64,000 nucleotides of DNA from contig JAJRWX010000023.1 in assembly GCA_024276605.1 (NCBI GenBank), positions 81,538-145,537 of the forward strand, written 5' to 3'. Shown here one piece after another: positions 61,120 to 64,000 of the stretch. The stretch comes from Planctomycetota bacterium (GTDB taxonomy: Bacteria; Planctomycetota; Phycisphaerae; UBA1845). The notes under the pieces were generated by a model. The model made no database searches and was not told where the DNA came from. It saw nothing but the letters and a program-made list of their open reading frames with translations. Every line of letters begins with the position of its first letter. Position 1 is the first letter of the stretch. Position numbers and translations under genes: made by a program.

Positions 61120-64000
61120 GTGAGGCGAAAAGATACCGCCATAAATGTCGTGGGAGCGCGTGAACACAATCTGAAAAACATTGATGTCACAATCCCTCGA
61201 AACAAGACAACGGTCTGCACCGGCCCCAGCGGTAGCGGAAAAACGAGTCTATCGATCGACACGATTTACGCAGAAGGACAACGCCGTTACGTCGAATCAT
61301 TAAGCTCGTATGCCAGACAGTTCCTCAGTCGCCTTCACCCACCGCGCGTCGATCATGTGGATGGGTTATCTCCGTCTATCTGCATCGAACGGAAAACGAC
61401 CGGCAAATCACCGCGATCCACCGTCGGCACGATCACCGAAATTTACGATTACATGCGCATCCTCTGGACCCGCATCGGCCAGGCGCATTGTCCACGGTGC
61501 AAGGTGCCCGTCGGCACGCAATCAAGTGATGAAATCGCTGAAAAGGTATTACATATAGGTGGCGGACGTCGGGCACTACTGCTCTCGCCGATTGAACCAC
61601 TGGGCAGTGAATCATACGATGCGCTATTCCAACGCTTGCGCAGTAACGGTTATGGTCGCGTGCGCGTAGATGGAGACCTCCACGAACTCAGTGAAACGAT
61701 TGCCATCGATAAAAAACGTGACCATCAAGTGGAAGTCGTCGTGGATCGGGTCATCATTCGATCCGCACAGACGTCACGAATCACTGACAGCATTGAGCAG
61801 GCCCTAGCCTTAGGCAACGGCGTGATGCGACTTCAATTGGTTGATGACAAGAAACAATCCGAGTTCCGCTTCTCCCAACACCACGCCTGCGATAAGTGTG
61901 GGACGAGTTATGATGAGTTAACGCCGCATCATTTCTCGTTCAATAGCCGTATGGGATGGTGTGAGACATGCGAAGGTCTCGGCACGCAACAAGGCGCTAG
62001 TCCCGCTGCGATCGTCGTTCACCCCACCCGATCCATCGCCGATGGTGCGATTACCGGTTGGGGCGAGCTTGATCGACATGGGATGCTTTATGCCATGATG
62101 TCAGCCCTGGCCGATCACATCGGATTCGACCTGCACTGTCCATGGAATAAGCTCGCAGAAAAGCATAAGTTAGCTTTCTTGCACGGTGCAGACGAGACCT
62201 GGATTGCCTTACGGCTAAAGGCAAACAAGAAATCGAAGGGTTCGAAACACACAGGTCCGCGATTTCGTTGGCGCGGATTTTTTCCGGCTATTGGTCGAGC
62301 CACGCGTTCGAGTTGGCAGTATCGTAAAAGATTGGAAGATTTAGTCACCGACGTACCCTGCGATGCCTGTGCAGGCGGGCGGTTACATCCTATGCCTGCC
62401 GCGACGCAACTCAATGGTGTCACGATCCACGAAGCTTGTCTTTGGCCTTTATCTCAAACGTATGCTTGGTTTGATAAGCTCAAACTACCGGCAATTAAGC
62501 GTAAAATGGCTGGCGAACTATTGCACGAAATTACCTCTCGTTTGCGATTTCTAGTCGATGTCGGCCTGGACTATGTGCATCTTCACCGCACCGCATCCAC
62601 GTTATCCGGCGGCGAGTCGCAGCGCATCCAATTGGCATCGCAGATCGGTACGGGGTTGACCGGCGTGCTATACGTGCTCGACGAACCAACCATCGGGTTA
62701 CATCCGCGCGACAACAACCGGCTCATCACCGCGCTGCGTCGTTTGCGTGATCTGGGTAATACGTTGATCGTCGTAGAACACGACCGCGAGATTATCGAAT
62801 CCGCAGACCACGTGATCGACTTCGGCCCCGGTGCAGGCGTCTTCGGCGGCCAGGTGACAGCCTCAGGTTCCGTATCCGCCATTCGCAAAAAACGTGCTTC
62901 GCTTACCGGCCAATATCTTTCCGGTAAATCTGCGATTCCCGTACCGACTAACCCTCGTCCGGTTTCTACGCCGCCGCGCTGTGATCTTGTCGGTATTGAC
63001 GATGAAGGTGATATTTTTGATGAATTAACCGAGGAGAACGAGCTAAAATGGCTCACTATTTACGGCGCCCGGGAACATAACCTCAAAGAAATCGATGTTT
63101 CGTTTCCGTTGGGCCGGCTAACATGTGTCACCGGAGTGTCAGGTAGCGGTAAGAGCAGTCTGGTCTCCGATGTATTGTATAACACCTTAGCCACGCGTTT
63201 GCACCGAGCACGACTGGTAGCCGGTGGTCACGATCGTATCGCGGGTATCGAGCACATTGACAAAGTTATTAACGTAGATCAATCCCCCATAGGCAACAGC
63301 CCGACGAGCAACCCAGGCACGTATACCGGTCTTTTCGATGGCATGCGTGAGCTTTTCGCTAAGCTACCCTTGAGCAAGATTCGCGGATATCGCGCGAATC
63401 GTTTCAGCTTTAATCGACCGGGCGGTCGATGCGAAGCCTGCGAGGGCATGGGTCAGCGGTGCATCGAAATGCACTTTTTGCCGGATGTGTGGGTAACCTG
63501 CGAAGATTGTCAAGGTACGCGATACGTCCCCGAAACGCTCGAAGTGAAGTATCGCGGCAAGAGCATTGCAGATGTGCTTGAGATGCGCGTGTCGCAGGCG
63601 GTGGCCTTTTTCGCTAGCGTGCCAAAAATCCGCCGTATGTTGCAAACGTTGGATGACGTGGGCCTGGGTTATCTGCAAATTGGTCAACCGGCACCAACGC
63701 TATCCGGTGGCGAGGCACAGCGCGTTAAACTCGCGGCTGAGCTTGGTCGACCGTCAACCGGCAAGACCCTTTACATACTCGATGAACCTACCACCGGGCT
63801 GCATTTCGACGATCTCAAGAAACTATTGCAGGTATTGCACCGGCTGGTTGATTTGGGCAACACCTGCATCTGCATCGAGCATAATCTGGATGTCATCAAA
63901 ACAGCTGATTGGGTGATCGATCTTGGACCCCAAGCCGGTGAGAATGGCGGCACAATCATGGCAGAAGGCCCACCACAGGTAATCGTAAAAAACAAACAAT
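61120..64000 (+). CDS. uvrA: excinuclease ABC subunit A paralogue 2, uninterrupted, 3' end beyond the window
   Basis: Absent from the ORF track because it is open at the window end. I translated all 960 codons from GTG 61120 by hand with no stop. [76 protein letters not shown], linker ...WLTIYGAREHNLKEIDV..., [35 protein letters not shown]. Confidence 0.9.
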   Translation, partial: MRRKDTAINVVGAREHNLKNIDVTIPRNKTTVCTGPSGSGKTSLSIDTIYAEGQRRYVESLSSYARQFLSRLHPPRVDHVDGLSPSICIERKTTGKSPRSTVGTITEIYDYMRILWTRIGQAHCPRCKVPVGTQSSDEIAEKVLHIGGGRRALLLSPIEPLGSESYDALFQRLRSNGYGRVRVDGDLHELSETIAIDKKRDHQVEVVVDRVIIRSAQTSRITDSIEQALALGNGVMRLQLVDDKKQSEFRFSQHHACDKCGTSYDELTPHHFSFNSRMGWCETCEGLGTQQGASPAAIVVHPTRSIADGAITGWGELDRHGMLYAMMSALADHIGFDLHCPWNKLAEKHKLAFLHGADETWIALRLKANKKSKGSKHTGPRFRWRGFFPAIGRATRSSWQYRKRLEDLVTDVPCDACAGGRLHPMPAATQLNGVTIHEACLWPLSQTYAWFDKLKLPAIKRKMAGELLHEITSRLRFLVDVGLDYVHLHRTASTLSGGESQRIQLASQIGTGLTGVLYVLDEPTIGLHPRDNNRLITALRRLRDLGNTLIVVEHDREIIESADHVIDFGPGAGVFGGQVTASGSVSAIRKKRASLTGQYLSGKSAIPVPTNPRPVSTPPRCDLVGIDDEGDIFDELTEENELKWLTIYGAREHNLKEIDVSFPLGRLTCVTGVSGSGKSSLVSDVLYNTLATRLHRARLVAGGHDRIAGIEHIDKVINVDQSPIGNSPTSNPGTYTGLFDGMRELFAKLPLSKIRGYRANRFSFNRPGGRCEACEGMGQRCIEMHFLPDVWVTCEDCQGTRYVPETLEVKYRGKSIADVLEMRVSQAVAFFASVPKIRRMLQTLDDVGLGYLQIGQPAPTLSGGEAQRVKLAAELGRPSTGKTLYILDEPTTGLHFDDLKKLLQVLHRLVDLGNTCICIEHNLDVIKTADWVIDLGPQAGENGGTIMAEGPPQVIVKNKQ

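Noticed and set aside
1-64000. CRISPR arrays, rRNA genes, transposases or prophage genes.
   Set aside because: Reading through the window I found no regularly spaced direct repeats, no rRNA-like conserved blocks and no integrase, transposase or capsid-like ORFs.

Overview
This 64-kb chromosomal segment looks like a PVC-superphylum genome, most likely Planctomycetota. That placement is an inference from gene content: a prepilin-type/DUF1559-like pseudopilin, PEP-CTERM and IPTL-CTERM sorting tails, NHL/dockerin proteins, and a giant Cys-rich 'DCNxNxIPDECD' repeat protein. No rRNA, CRISPR array, transposase or integrase was seen. One tRNA-Arg(CCG) is present. About 46 protein genes are supported. 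Housekeeping genes include thrC, tyrA, a NifS-like desulfurase, serA, nrnA, sat, infC, thrS, dgt and uvrA; they are interleaved with accessory loci. Main hunt results: (1) A tightly overlapping seven-gene operon at 42300-51286. It encodes a VOC protein, an ArsS-family radical SAM enzyme fused to an unrecognisable internally duplicated N-terminal region of about 420 aa, a thioester-reductase/SCP2 protein, an alpha/beta hydrolase, a PaaK-like adenylating enzyme, a lipoprotein and a membrane GT2. It is divergent from a histidine kinase/response regulator pair. This is my best candidate for an undescribed (lipid-tailoring?) system. (2) Two complete class-I-like uvrA paralogues lie head to tail with zero spacer and in the same frame. 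The first is split exactly at the inter-ABC linker by a TAATG junction. (3) A GT4 / stand-alone E2-type acyltransferase / RhlB-like glycosyltransferase locus sits at the left edge. (4) Several structured intergenic repeats occur, including a ~240-bp imperfect palindrome and a ~64-nt hairpin element present twice. (5) Four otherwise intact-looking genes are interrupted: an in-frame TAG, an in-frame TAA and two -1 frame changes. The cause could be assembly error, recent decay or recoding. All homology calls come from motif recognition by eye and memory; no searches were run.
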